DNA of 64,000 nt from Tubiluchus corallicola (taxonomy: Eukaryota > Animalia > Priapulida): assembly GCA_030141605.1 (NCBI GenBank), contig JAQGDQ010000689.1:1-64000 (forward strand), given 5' to 3'. The notes beneath the pieces are model-generated. The model saw only the letters and a list, made by a program, of their open reading frames with translations, made no database searches and was not told the DNA's origin. Each line of letters opens with the position of its first letter. The first letter of the stretch is position 1. This document shows positions 1 through 13,010 of the stretch, piece after piece. Made by a program: the position numbers and the translations under genes.

Positions 1-376
1 TGTGTTCTGTCTTATTATTTGCCCTTCTATGGCCTGTACTTGTGTTCTGTCTATTATTTGTCCTTCTACGGCCTGTACTTGTGTTCTTTCTTATTATTTG
101 CCCTTCTACGGCCTGTACTTGTGTTCTGTCTAATTATTTGCCCTTCTACGGCCTGTACTTGTGTTCTGTCTTATTATTTGCCCTTCTATGGCCTGTACTT
201 GTGTTCTGTCTAATTATTTGCCCTTCTACGGCCTGTACTTGTGTTCTGTCTTATTATTTGTCCTTCTATGGCCTGTACTTGTGTTCTGTCTTATTATTTG
301 CCCTCATACGGCCTGTACTTGTGTTCTGTCTCATTATTTGCCCTTGTATGGCCTGTACTTGTGTTCTGTCTTATTG
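1..376. repeat. 40-bp tandem minisatellite, runs off the window start
   Basis: About 9 copies of tgtgttctgtcttattatttgcccttctatggcctgtact. The overlapping ORFs are artefacts of the repeat. Confidence 0.95.
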
Positions 377-930
377 TCGCGAAGTTCGTCTCATAATTAC
401 TTCGCATTTGACAGCCTTAACATTATTTAATTTCACTTGTGGTGTGTAAGAACTTTAACACACCTGGTATTAATTTTCCATTTAATTAAATATTACATCG
501 TTTGTGTCCTGTACTCATCTCTCTCATAATTTTTTCATCTCATTTCCCCCTTCTTAGGCTTTTTATAACATTCAAATAGCTTAAGCTTCCCTCTAATCTT
601 ACTGTACTTCTTTGCTTCTGAATGACCTTTTACATTAATACTGTTCTAGTTTTCTGTATTTAAGCTGTGTAAGGCAGGTCTACCTTGAACACTTAGACCT
701 GTAGGCTAGTCAGGCTAGTTGTTCTGTTGTGTTTTAGTATAGTTGCATAATATAATTGCTTGTGATTTGTTAATAATTATGTGATTTGAATCTGTGATTG
801 TACAGATATAATGTAGGTGAAATGTACCATAATGTATCTTTTTCTTAGATGAAACTTTTATGGTTTGTTCCTATTGTATATTTTTGGTACAGATTTGAAC
901 AGGTTTCTTATTCGCATTTTTTTCAGTTAA

Positions 931-3900
931 TCAGATTAAGTGCTTGATATTTTGTGGCATTTTGAAGTCATGATAAACAATTCTTGATATCCAAGTTGTT
1001 TTTGGTTTGCCTTTAGGTCGTTTATTAGATTTCAGTGCCTCGTTTAATGCTAATCTTACTGATGTTGTTTCTGGCAATGTCATTAAATGTCCTACCCATC
1101 TTAGTCTTCTGATTCTGATTTTAGTGCTCCAATGTTTAATGCTAATCTTACTGATGTTGTTTCTGACAATTTCATTAAATGTCCTACCCATCTTAGTCTT
1201 CTGATTCTGATTTTAGTGCTCCAATGTTTAATGCTAATCTTACTGGTGTTGTTTCTGGCAATCTCATTAAATGTCCTACCCATCTTAGTCTTCTGATTCT
1301 GATTTTAGTGCTCCAATGTTTAATGCTAATCTTACTGGTGTTGTTTCTGGCAATCTCATTAAATGTCCTACCCATCTTAGTCTTCTGATTCTGATTTTAG
1401 TGCTCCAATGTTTAATGCTAATCTTACTGGTGTTGTTTCTGGCAATCTCATTAAATGTCCTACCCATCTTAGTCTTCTGATTCTGATCTTAGTGCTCCAA
1501 TGTTTAATGCTAATCTTACTGGTGTTGTTTCTGGCAATCTCATTAAATGTCCTACCCATCTTAGTCTTCTGAATTTAGTGCTCCAATGTTTAATGCTAAT
1601 CTTACTGGTGTTGTGTCTGGCATCTCATTAAATGTCCTACTCATCTTAGTCTTCTGATTCTGATTTTAGTGCTCCAATGTTTAATGCTAATCTTACTGGT
1701 GTTGTTTCTGACAATCTCATTAAATGTCCTACCCATCTTAGTCTTCTGATTCTGATTTTAGTGCTCCAATGTTTAATGCTAATCTTACTGATGTTGTTTC
1801 TGGCAATCTCATTAAATGTCCTACCCATCTTAGTCTTCTGATTCTGATTTTAGTGCTCCAATGTTTAATGCTAATCTTACTGATGTTGTTTCTGGCAATC
1901 TCATTAAATGTCCTACCCATCTTAGTCTTCTGATTCTGATTTTAGTGCTCCAATGTTTAATGCTAATCTTACTGGTGTTGTTTCTGGCAATCTCATTAAA
2001 TGTCCTACCCATCTTAGTCTTCTGATTCTGATTTTAGTGCTCCAATGTTTAATGCTAATCTTACTGGTGTTGTTTCTGGCAATCTCATTAAATGTCCTAC
2101 CCATCTTAGTCTTCTGATTCTGATTTTAGTGCTCCAATGTTTAATGCTAATCTTACTGGTGTTGTTTGCAATCTCATTAAATGTTCTACCCATCTTAGTC
2201 TTCTGATTCTGATTTTGGTGTTCAAATGTTTAATGCTAATCTTACTGGTGTTGTTTCTGGCAATCTCATTAAATGTCCTACCCATCTTAGTCTTCTGATT
2301 CTGATTTTAGTGCTCCAATGTTTAATGCTAATCTTACTGGTGTTGTTTCTGGCAATCTCATTAAATGTCCTACCCATCTTAGTCTTCTGAATTTAGTGCT
2401 CCAATGTTTAATGCTAATCTTACTGGTGTTGTTTCTGGCAATCTCATTAAATGTCCTACCCATCTTAGTCTTCTGATTCTGATTTTAGTGCTCCATTGTT
2501 TAATGCTAATCTTACTGGTGTTGTTTCTGACAATTTCATTAAATGTCCTACCCATCTTAGTCTTCTGAATCTGTTTTAGTACTCCAATGTTTAATGCTAA
2601 TCTTACTGATGTTGTTTCTGACAATTTCATTAAATGTCCTACCCATCGTAGTCTTCTGATTCTGATTTTAGTGCTCCAATGTTTAACGCTAATCTTACTA
2701 ATGTTGTTTCTGGCAGTCTCATTAAATGTCCTACCCATCTTAGTCTTCTGATTCTGATTTTAGTGCTCCAATGTTTAATGCTAATCTTACTGGTGTTGTT
2801 TCTGGCAATCTCATTAAATGTCCTACCCATCTTAGTCTTCTGATTCTGATTTTAGTGCTCCAATGTTTAACGCTAATCTTACTAATGTTGTTTCTGGCAG
2901 TCTCATTAAATGTCCTACCCATCTTAGTCTTCTAATTCTGATTTTAGTGCTCCAATGTTTAATGCTAATCTTACTGGTGTTGTTTCTGGCAATCTCATTA
3001 AATGTCCTACCCATCTTAGTCTTCTGATTCTGATTTTAGTGCTCCAATGTTTAATGCTAATCTTACTGGTGTTGTTTCTGGCAATCTCATTAAATGTCCT
3101 ACCCATCTTAGTCTTCTGATTCTGATTTTAGTGCTCCAATGTTTAATGCTAATCTTACTGGTGTTGTTTCTGGCAATCTCATTAAATGTCCTACCCATCT
3201 TAGTCTTCTGATTCTGATTTTAGTGCTCCAATGTTTAATGCTAATCTTACTGGTGTTGCTTTTGACAATCTCATTAAATGTCCTACCTATCTTAGTCTTC
3301 TGATTCTGATTTTAGTGCTCCAATGTTTAATGCTAATCTTACTGGTGTTGTTTCTGGCAATCTCATTAAATGTCCTACCCATCTTAGTCTTCTGATTCTG
3401 ATTTTAGTGCTCCAATGTTTAATGCTAATCTTACTGGTGTTGTTTCTGGCAATCTCATTAAATGTCCTACCCATCTTAGTCTTCTGATTCTGATTTTAGT
3501 GCTCCAATGTTTAATGCTAATCTTACTGGTGTTGTTTCTGGCAATCTCATTAAATGTCCTACCCATCTTAGTCTTCTGATTCTGATTTTAGTGCTCCAAT
3601 GTTTAATGCTAATCTTACTGGTGTTGTTTCTGGCAATCTCATTAAATGTCCTGCCCATCTTAGTCTTCTGATTCTGATTTTAGTGCTCCAATGTTTAATG
3701 CTAATCTTACTGGTGTTGTTTCTGGCATCTCATTAAATGTCCTACCCATCTTAGTCTTCTGATTCTGATTTTAGTGCTCCAATGTTTAATGCTAATCTTA
3801 CTGGTGTTGTTTCTGGCAATCTCATTAAATGTCCTACCCATCTTAGTCTTCTGATTCTGATTTTAGTGCTCCAATGTTTAATGCTAATCTTACTGGTGTT

Positions 3901-4412
3901 GTTTCTGGCAACCTCATTAAATGCCTACCCATCTTAGCCTTCTGATTCTGATTTTAGTGCTCCAATGTTTAATGCTAATCTTACTGGTGTTGTTTCTGAC
4001 AATCTCATTAAATGTCCTACCCATCTTAGTCTTCTGATTCTGATTTTAGTGCTCCAATGTTTAATGCTAATCTTACTGGTGTTGTTTCTGGCATCTCATT
4101 AAATGTCCTGCCCATCTTAGTCTTCTGATTCTGATTTTAGTGCTCCAATGTTTAATGCTAATCTTACTGGTGTTGTTTCTGGCATCTCATTAAATGTCCT
4201 GCCCATCTTAGTCTTCTGATTCTGATCTTAGTGCTCCAATGTTTAATGCTAATCTTACTGGTGTTGTTTCTGGCAATCTCATTAAATGTCCTACCCATCT
4301 TAGTCTTCTGATACTGATTTTAGTGCTCCAATGTTTAATGCTAATCTTACTGGTGTTGTTTCTGGCATCTCATTAAATGTCCTGCCCATCTTAGACAACT
4401 GATTCTGATTTT
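931..4412 (-). repeat. 92-bp tandem satellite derived from the 3' end of an RTE-clade LINE ORF2
   Basis: About 37 near-identical 92-bp units. The minus strand translates as KIRIRRLRWVGHLMRLPETTPVRLALN, and the terminal unit continues into EALKSNKRPKGKPKTTW, matching the RTE C-terminal pattern RLRWxGHxxR...RPxGRPxxTW. Confidence 0.9.
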
Positions 4413-5204
4413 AAACAAGAATTTCTCCTTAAAAATAGAGCAGATTGTGGCCAAAGTGTATCAGAGTCTTATGTCTAGATGGCTGAAATGTTCTGTATTA
4501 GGCCATTTCACAAAAGTGATACTGTATTTGTTACAGTGCAAACACTGCAGTTACTGAAAGCTTTTTTCAATTTTTTCCTCAAAAATAGACTTTTAATTTG
4601 CCTTCTAAGGTCAGCTATACAATTTTACATGAAACTCCATTGTGTGAGCAATTGAAACCTACAAAAATTATCAAATATAACGTTATCGCTGCTTAGTGAG
4701 AGCAGTTTTTCATGCAAAATGCAGCAAATGTTTATAGTCCTGAAGGCGTTAACACATGGAATACAAAAATATGTATATAGCTCTATGAGTAGTGCCGTCT
4801 TTGTTAGAGTCCACATTATTTTTTTACGCTTGTGTCTTTTTAAGCATCTATGTGATAATGACGTTAAGCAACAACTATTAAATTTTGAAACAAAGCTTGT
4901 CTGAAAGGAACAAATAAATTTTTGCGATTAGTTTAGTGCCTCGAATAATTAATGAGTAATTGATCTGTTATAAGCAATTGTTTGTTTATTGATAAATTAA
5001 TTTTAATTAATGATTATTATAATGATTAATTAACGAGTATGATAAGAAACTGAAGAACTCGCCTAATAGATTAAGTCAATTAAGTGATCCTTAATTAAAT
5101 GTCTTGACATAAAAAATGGTATTTTACGACTCCATGCTGGTTTACTCACACCACTGTCATCTCTTGGCCAAACTCGGACAATTTCTTGCGACAATTCATC
5201 ACAA

Positions 5205-5590
5205 TTAGGACTCTCTAGCAGATATCGAATTCGAATCGAATCGAATTTATGACTTTCGAATACATATCAAACCGAATTTCAGTATTTCGAATTCGAAGGG
5301 AAATGAAACTTTTTCGAACAAGCTTTCGAACCCTCAGTAAAAAGCGGTCTTACAAAGATCTTGCATAGACCCCATTACTCGATTTTATTCTGTGATAAAA
5401 CCACTAATAATTAGTTTGAAAATTTCGCACAAAAATCTTTACTAAATCGTGTTGATTATCTGACATCTTTAATGACAAAATGTGATTGAAGTGCTGAATT
5501 ATTCGAATCTGTAATTTTAGGTTCGATTCGAATTCGAATTAAAAAAATTTGTTCGAAGCGAACTCGAATGTTCCATTTTCACCCTTACTC
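5205..5590. mobile_element. Degenerate MITE-like repeat rich in TTCGAA motifs
   Basis: Clustered ttcgaa/gaattcga motifs at both ends. Similar sequence lies at about 19840-19960 and in the hAT MITE at 46575-47371. Boundaries are approximate. Confidence 0.45.
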
Positions 5591-5698
5591 ACCATTATGT
5601 AATAATTATATTAGTTACAAATAATGATGATGATGATGATGACAGTAATAATAAATAGTTATAAAAATTTAATGAGCATGTATTCTATCTATTTTTAG

Positions 5699-6687
5699 AT
5701 AAAGCGTCACATAAACGAAAAGCTATTGTCATTGCCGCGCGATATAGAAGCGGTTCCTCTTTCACTGGGGAAATCTTTAACAGCCACCCAAACGTATTCT
5801 ACATCTATGAGCCTCTGCATGCATTGTTTCATTGCTTTAAAATATTGCAACAACTTCATGTACTGACAAACGAAACCTGGTCTCATGAACAAAAAACCAG
5901 GGTGAAAAACGAAGTGGTTTTGAATGCTCTAAACTGCATTCCAGACGAACTGTATCTCAATGAAAAATACAATATGCAACATGCGAATTTGCTACATTAT
6001 TCCTCAGCGGTTAGAAGATTTCTGTCATGTGACGACCAGCATGGACCTGATACCGATAGAAAATCGTGTAAAAGCGAGGATTTGCGAAATTTTCTTCAAA
6101 ACAAGGACATTTTAATTCCCCAGGTTTGCAACGGTCATCTGTATTCGGTGGTCAAAGTTATTCGGATGACCGTTGCCGAGGCCGCAGAACTACTTGAAGA
6201 CGAACAACGCGGTCTGGACGTCAAACTTGTGCATCTAGTGAGAGACCCTCGCGGAATGCTGAGATCAAAGTACGTGTATGGAAATAGTAAACCTGTGTCG
6301 AAAGTAGAGAGAGACTCAAAACTTTTGTGTGATAGCATGTATAGAGATGTAGTTAATGGTGCAGAAGTTCAGAAACGCCGACCTGGTAAATACGTCTTAG
6401 TTCGCTATGAAGACATTGCAGCTGAACCTTTGAAAATGGCCAAAGAATTGTACAGATTTGCTGGTATTCCACTGCACGACCATGTCCTTAATTGGATATA
6501 TAAAAATACGGGTTATGCAAGTAACAATGCCAATGACACTGCGGATGAAACGGAGAAACGTTTTGGACAGTGGAGGAAGAATTCCACAGATACCTCGCTA
6601 AGGTGGAAATCAGAAATATCGGCAGAGTACGCTAAAATAATCGAATCAAAATGTTTTAAGTTCATGAAATTAGTAAAATATTTGTGA
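5699..6687 (+). CDS. Carbohydrate (Gal/GlcNAc-6-O) sulfotransferase, CHST1/3-like, large terminal exon
   Basis: Acceptor tttttag at 5698. The frame is open upstream of the listed ORF and gives the 5'-PSB motif RYRSGSSFTGEIFNSHPNVFYIYEPL, then the 3'-PB motif VHLVRDPRG and VRYEDIAAEP. Stop TGA ends at 6687. The N-terminal transmembrane exon was not found. Confidence 0.9.
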
Positions 6688-6829
6688 TGATCAGAAACGA
6701 GTCAAGCTATCACGACACCTAGATTGAAAGTTGTTAATTAGTGAAATGTCAAATGTTGTGCTACAAATGCTTTGTTTATTTTTCATAATTTACTCAATGT
6801 TATCCTCATATCTTCAGACACGGTTCGTT

Positions 6830-7050
6830 TACCTGCTGGAAAGACTTATGTAAGCAGAAATAATAACTTAAAATGTTCGTATTAATTGGTAAAATGTCAC
6901 TGATTCACCCTCCAGGCTGCGTCACTCAATAACAAAAAACGTATTTTTAATCTTATTGACATGATACAGTAATTTAAAATTTTACTTAGTTAGTAAACGA
7001 ATGCCCTGATTATTTTTTCAAACTTTACTCAGTGTTATTTAAGCTTGTTT
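6830..7050 (+). repeat. Dispersed repeat family copy
   Basis: The segment gaaagacttatgtaag...tcaccctccagg...aacgtatttttaatcttattgaca recurs at about 49765-49975 and 53850-53990. An adjacent portion is shared by about 19977-20240 and 49528-49790. Confidence 0.6.
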
Positions 7051-8200
7051 CCAACGACCATCAAAATGACTGCGCTTGACAGTCGTCGCGGGAATTCAAA
7101 TTTACAAGTTTTATACAGCATTCTGCCGGCGCAAGCCCTGCATGCAAAAAGGCAGTAAGTAAGTGGTATAAAATTTTAAGATGAACTTTTTAAGTTTTAT
7201 GTAAGTGGAGGGTTTTCTTGTGCTTTAAAGCGCAATGAACAAATCCATTTCTCGTGCAAGCACAAAAAGATAATAAAAAAGAAGAAAGGCAAAAAGGACA
7301 ATTTTAATAAAAACAAAAGTAAAAACAATGCTAAGTAAGTTAATTAAAAGGTAAAAATAGCCTTACAATGATAACACTGATAACAAACACATAAGAAAAC
7401 AATGGTAAAGACGACAAATTCAGATAAACAAAGGATAATAATGTCATCATAATGTTAGCTTAATCTTATCATATCTATGACATTCTAGAAAATAGTGTTT
7501 AGAATCTTTAACTTGTCAACAACATAAACAACAGCGTTTCCTTTCTACATGTTTCTTAACAAAATCATTAGTTTGTTGCAGTGCACTGTCAGCTTTGATG
7601 TTTTAATGCATGAGTAAATGTTCAGGGACTTTCGTGTCACGTGCAACTAACACACATGAAAAAAGTTCATCTGGTGCAGTCCCACAATTCAATCTCAGGG
7701 TGTTTTTTAGAAAAAAATCATTTATCTTTATCTCATTATGTCGAAAAAGGAAAGTTGGACCCAGGGACGCAAAAAAAATTGTGGCTTCTGCCAAGAAACA
7801 AATGATCAAAACATTAAAAGGGCAGGGCATCAAGTTTTTTTGCCTCTGTGTGCTACAAGTACTTGCTCTGTCACTGAACTTAGAACAAGTACAATAAACT
7901 AAAATTGACCCTCACTGTAGCAGGATATTGTGCTAGTGACTTCATACGTTTATTAAGATTCAAATTAGGTCAAAATCTCTATTCATTTTTGCTTTAAGAA
8001 TCACAAAGCCTGTAACAGGTCTGTGACACATTAACAAGTAAATGTCAACAAAAACTCGAATTACAACAAACATAAACTAAAATTAATTTACAGGTGGATT
8101 ACGTTCCATTGTAAATGCTCCCTTGGGAAGAGCTTCAAAATGTTCCCCTACTTTTTCTCCTTTAGTTGTTTTTCTTATTTTACTTGTTGTCCTCCATTCA

Positions 8201-11047
8201 TCAGGGATCTGCAGGTTGGCAGTTGCATTTCTTAATTTGCATGAAGAGACGATAATTGTTCTGCCAGTCTTTTGAAGGGCACACGAGTACCCCTCCTGCA
8301 GGGACTGCTAAATGAAACGTGAAATTTGCATTGTAGTGAAACACAGTGTACGACTCAGTTTCTGAACTGAGTACATCCTTTTCTGCTTCACTGTAACTCA
8401 AATCAAAAAATGAGAACTTCATTAAGTTAGGCAATGTGTGATTCCAGAGCCTGCATTCTATTTGACATTTATTCCTGCACTCTGTGTCAATTCCTCCTTT
8501 CTCCACACAGTTCTTCTCACATGTTGATTGACAATAGTCGTAATCTTTAACTGGAGAATGCCGCCGTCTTCTGGTGGTTTTTTTCTTCTTTTTGGATTTG
8601 CATATTGCTACGCAGTTGGTTTGACATACTTCCGGATCGTGAGTAGCATCACACAGACTTGCACACTCTCCCAAGCATTCTTCAGATGACGTAGGAGAAA
8701 CTGTTGTTGTTGTTCTTGTTGTTGGTAAGCTCACTGTTGTTGCTCTTGTTGTTGGTAAGCTCACTGTTGTTGTTCTTGTGGGCAATTGAGTTATTCTCTT
8801 CAGCTCATAAGGTTGACAGTTTTGTGAACACTTTTTTCTGCATTTCCGTTCTTCACTACACTTCATATCATCAATACATGGACCAGCACAATAGCAGTAA
8901 CATTTATTTTTCTCTACACAAGTCTTTTTGCAATCTGGCACACATGTATTCTGGTTACTCGTTTCTGCACATCGGTCTGTGCAGATAGAATGACATTTTT
9001 CATTTCTGGTGTTCTCACACTGTACTATTTTTGTGCAGCTACGTTCGGTAGAAGCAATACAATTCCATCTACATTCAACTTGATTCGATATTTTTTTCAC
9101 TTTCTCACAAATGGGTCTGTATTCAAGGGTCAGCCTTCTCACACAAACACAATGATGATTCGTACAATCTTCCTGACACTTTTTACTTGTATCCTTACAG
9201 TCATTCTTACATGTTTCATTATTCTTACAATTGTTTATACAGTTTTGCTCTCTTCTCCTACACCTGTCCTCACATTTGCATCGACAACTGATAGCTTTTG
9301 GATGCTTGTATCCGGGACAAAAATGTTCACTGCAGTACCTCTTACAATGCTTTGCCGAACGCTTCCGTCTCTTTTTACATTTACTTTGACACTCCTTTTG
9401 ACACTCTTGATAAATTTTACATTTTGTGATCACTGGTGGTTGTGCGACCCGTTTTATTCTCTTTAATGTTCTTTTTGCCCTCACATTTTTCAATTCGGGA
9501 TTTGAGGATTTCCAGTGCCTGCATTCTATTCCACATTTATTCCTGCACTCTGTGTTAATTCCTCCTTTCTCCACACAGTTCTTTTCACATGTTGTTTGAC
9601 AATAGTCGTAATCTTTAACTGGAGAATGCCGCCGTCGTCTGGTGGTTTTTTTCTTCTTTTTGGATTTGCATATTGCTACGCAGTTGGTTTGACATACTTC
9701 CGGATCGTGAGTAGCATCACACAGACTTGCACACTCTCCCAAGCATTCTTCAGATGACGTAGGAGAAACTGTTGTTGTTGTTCTTGTTGTTGGTAAGCTC
9801 ACTGTTGTTGCTCTTGTTGTTGGTAAGCTCACTGTTGTTGTTCTTGTGGGCAATTGAGTTATTCTCTTCAGCTCATAAGGTTGACAGTTTTGTGAACACT
9901 TTTTTCTGCATTTCCGTTCTTCACTACACTTCATATCATCAATACATGGACCAGCACAATAGCAGTAACATTTATTTTTCTCTACACAAGTCTTTTTGCA
10001 ATCTGGCACACATGTATTCTGGTTACTCGTTTCTGCACATCGGTCTGTGCAGATAGAATGACATTTTTCATTTCTGGTGTTCTCACACTGTACTATTTTT
10101 GTGCAGCTACGTTCGGTAGAAGCAATACAATTCCATCTACATTCAACTTGATTCGATATTTTTTTCACTTTCTCACAAATGGGTCTGTATTCAAGGGTCA
10201 GCCTTCTCACACAAACACAATGATGATTCGTACAATCTTCCTGACACTTTTTACTTGTATCCTTACAGTCATTCTTACATGTTTCATTATTCTTACAATT
10301 GTTTATACAGTTTTGCTCTCTTCTCCTACACCTGTCCTCACATTTGCATCGACAACTGATAGCTTTTGGATGCTTGTATCCGGGACAAAAATGTTCACTG
10401 CAGTACCTCTTACAATGCTTTGCCGAACGCTTCCGTCTCTTTTTACATTTACTTTGACACTCCTTTTGACACTCTTGATAAATTTTACATTTTGTGATCA
10501 CTGGTGGTTGTGCGACCCGTTTTATTCTCTTTAATGTCCTTTTTGCCCTCACATTTTGCAATTCGGGGTTTGAGTTTTTCTGATAGACAGGACTAATATT
10601 TTCAAATACTTTCAAGCTAACTGATGCAATGTTACATCTCACTCGTGTCTCGTTATTGTAGAGAACCGCTGCAAGGCAGGTACTTTTTCCAGTTGGCTTT
10701 TCTGTAGGTTCCATTATTTTTATGCCACAGTCCTTTATTTCGTTCCATGTTACATATCTTACAGACTCCAAGTTGACTTCAGACTGTTCCATTAAGTAAT
10801 GTTTAGTGCAGTCTTGCTTGCAGATTGTTTCTGAGCCAAGAGAACACATTTCATCCAAATCATAATCTGAGAATATTCCTGTGTTAATTTTAAACTCTCT
10901 TTGAAAACTGTCAACTGGACGAGCAAAATCGCAAACATCAGAACTGTTTGAATAGAATATTTCAAATCCCCAAGATTCAATGGAAAATAGGAGAAAGTTT
11001 AGCAATATTATTGCATTAATCCATCTACAGGTTAATAAAAACCACAT
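8201..11047 (-). CDS. Intronless secreted cysteine-rich protein, 948 aa, with two near-identical 356-aa modules
   Basis: Uninterrupted 2.85-kb ORF with a hydrophobic N-terminus (MWFLLTCRWINAIILLNFLLFSIESWG), many CxxxC motifs, Thr-rich linkers, polybasic sites and a 1068-bp internal direct repeat. A TATA-like tataaat lies about 55 bp upstream on the minus strand. Confidence 0.85.
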   Translation of the reverse strand: MWFLLTCRWINAIILLNFLLFSIESWGFEIFYSNSSDVCDFARPVDSFQREFKINTGIFSDYDLDEMCSLGSETICKQDCTKHYLMEQSEVNLESVRYVTWNEIKDCGIKIMEPTEKPTGKSTCLAAVLYNNETRVRCNIASVSLKVFENISPVYQKNSNPELQNVRAKRTLKRIKRVAQPPVITKCKIYQECQKECQSKCKKRRKRSAKHCKRYCSEHFCPGYKHPKAISCRCKCEDRCRRREQNCINNCKNNETCKNDCKDTSKKCQEDCTNHHCVCVRRLTLEYRPICEKVKKISNQVECRWNCIASTERSCTKIVQCENTRNEKCHSICTDRCAETSNQNTCVPDCKKTCVEKNKCYCYCAGPCIDDMKCSEERKCRKKCSQNCQPYELKRITQLPTRTTTVSLPTTRATTVSLPTTRTTTTVSPTSSEECLGECASLCDATHDPEVCQTNCVAICKSKKKKKTTRRRRHSPVKDYDYCQTTCEKNCVEKGGINTECRNKCGIECRHWKSSNPELKNVRAKRTLKRIKRVAQPPVITKCKIYQECQKECQSKCKKRRKRSAKHCKRYCSEHFCPGYKHPKAISCRCKCEDRCRRREQNCINNCKNNETCKNDCKDTSKKCQEDCTNHHCVCVRRLTLEYRPICEKVKKISNQVECRWNCIASTERSCTKIVQCENTRNEKCHSICTDRCAETSNQNTCVPDCKKTCVEKNKCYCYCAGPCIDDMKCSEERKCRKKCSQNCQPYELKRITQLPTRTTTVSLPTTRATTVSLPTTRTTTTVSPTSSEECLGECASLCDATHDPEVCQTNCVAICKSKKKKKTTRRRRHSPVKDYDYCQSTCEKNCVEKGGIDTECRNKCQIECRLWNHTLPNLMKFSFFDLSYSEAEKDVLSSETESYTVFHYNANFTFHLAVPAGGVLVCPSKDWQNNYRLFMQIKKCNCQPADP

Positions 11048-11570
11048 TGTTGTAACAGACGATTCAGAAGTTTCTCTAAATTAACTATTATATTCTCATT
11101 TATAAGCACTTTAGACTTTGGAATTACAAATTTAGTTTACTGCATCGTTTCTGTACGTTCTTCTTACTAAACAGTAGAATCGGAAATGCGGATTGTTTTC
11201 TTAATGGAATAAACAATGCTAAACATGATTGTTCTGTCTTCATTGTTTTCAAAACGTTCCCAGGTTTGTTGGAATCAGTAATTGCAGCATACGTAAAGCT
11301 AAAAAAAGTCGCCTTGAAATTTTATATCACTTGCACATTGTCTTTGTCCATATTAGACCTGCGTGGACAATAACTCTGTATAAAACATAAATTTAAACTC
11401 CCGCGATGACCGTTGGCGTAGCCATTTTGGCGATAAGTCTGTAAAGAAAAGGCGGGATTTGAAGGTAATTTGATGCTTTAAAGGGGGGAGCGCTGTAGAT
11501 CCGAGGTTCCTAAATTACACTTTATTTAGTAACCGAAAACGTGAGTAAAAAGAGAAACACATTTATATGC

Positions 11571-12530
11571 AGAACATCATACTTACTTGTGTTTTAAACT
11601 TAGAACATCATACTTACTTGTGTTTTAAACTTAGAACATCATACTTACTTGTGTTTTAAACTTAGAACAGCATACTTACTGGTGTTTTAAACTCAGAACA
11701 TCATACTTACTTGTGTTTTAAACTTAGAACATCATACTTACTTGTGTTTTAAACTTAGAACAGCATACTTACTGGTGTTTTAAACTCAGAACATCATACT
11801 TACTTGTGTTTTAAACTTAGAACATCATACTTACTTGTGGTTTAAACTTAGAACAGCATACTTACTGGTGTTTTAAACTCAGAACAGCATACTTACTTGT
11901 GTTTCAAACTTAGAACATCATACTTACTTGTGTTTAAACTTAGAACAGTATACTTACTTGTGTTTTAAACTTCGAACAGCATACTTACTGATGTTTTAAA
12001 CTTAGAACAGCATACTTACTGGTGTTTTAAACTAAGAATAGCATACTTACTGATGTTTTAAACTTAGAACAGCATACTTACAGGTGTTTTAAACTTATAA
12101 CAGCATACTTACTGGTGTTTTAAACTTAGAACAGTATACTTACTTGTGTTTTAAACTTAGAACAGCATACTTACTGGTGTTTTAAACTTAGAACAGTATA
12201 CTTACTTGTGTTTTAAACTTAGAACAGCATACTTACTGGTGTTTTAGACTTAGAACAGCATACTTACTGATGCTTTAAACTTAGAACAGCATACTTACTG
12301 ATGTTTTAAACTTAGAACAGCATACTTACTGATGCTTTAAACTAAGAACAGCATACTTACTGATGTTTTAAACTTAGAACAGCATACTTACTGATGTTTT
12401 AAACTTAGAACAGCATACTTTCTGATGTTTTAAACTAAGAACAGCATACTTACTGATGTTTTAAACTTAGAACAGCATACTTACTGATGTGTTAAACTTA
12501 GAACAGCATACATACTGATGCTTTAAACTG
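11571..12530. repeat. 31-bp tandem minisatellite
   Basis: About 31 copies of agaacagcatacttactggtgttttaaactt, with variants changing gradually along the array. Confidence 0.95.
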
Positions 12531-12548
12531 CTATAAAAAGAGAAACAG

Positions 12549-13010
12549 TTAACTCTTTCAGTCCCAAATTACTTTTTAATAAGAAAAAAATTTGGCTTGG
12601 TACTTTAGTTCAGTATGTCCATCTTGTTTACACATAATAATTTTTTTCTACCTGTGCCCGGGTGCTAACTATAGCCTGTATCCCACGGGATACATTGAGA
12701 TTCAATGGAAGCATAACATGTGCTTCATTTTGCAACTGCTGATAATTTTTAAAAGTATTTAAGACATTTAGTATGCACGCTATGCTGATCTGTACGAAGT
12801 CATCTCTAAAGTACTGTACCTTGCGCAGTTTTTTATGCTATGTAGATTTTCTAGTCTGCCATTTTATCACCATTTTTAGTCTATTGGTATTGGCTTAAAT
12901 CAAAATAACTATTAACATATCAAATGACTGTCAATTTTAAAAGTTTATTAATTTTAAAGGCAGAAAATATTCTCGTATGCCACGGGATACAACGGGTATG
13001 AAAGGGTTAA
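12549..13010. mobile_element. piggyBac-type MITE, copy 1
   Basis: TTAA at both ends (12549-52 and 13007-10). TIRs ctctttcagtccc ... gggtatgaaaggg. Homologous to 15928-16390 and 28860-29299. Confidence 0.8.

Noticed and set aside
1101-3658. Many 60-aa minus-strand ORFs (MGRTFNE...)
   Set aside because: They are products of a 92-bp repeat whose length is not a multiple of 3, derived from a LINE. They are not genes.
11571-12530. 31-bp repeat array resembling a CRISPR array
   Set aside because: There are no unique spacers and no cas genes, and the context is eukaryotic. The same applies to the 33-bp and 74-bp arrays.
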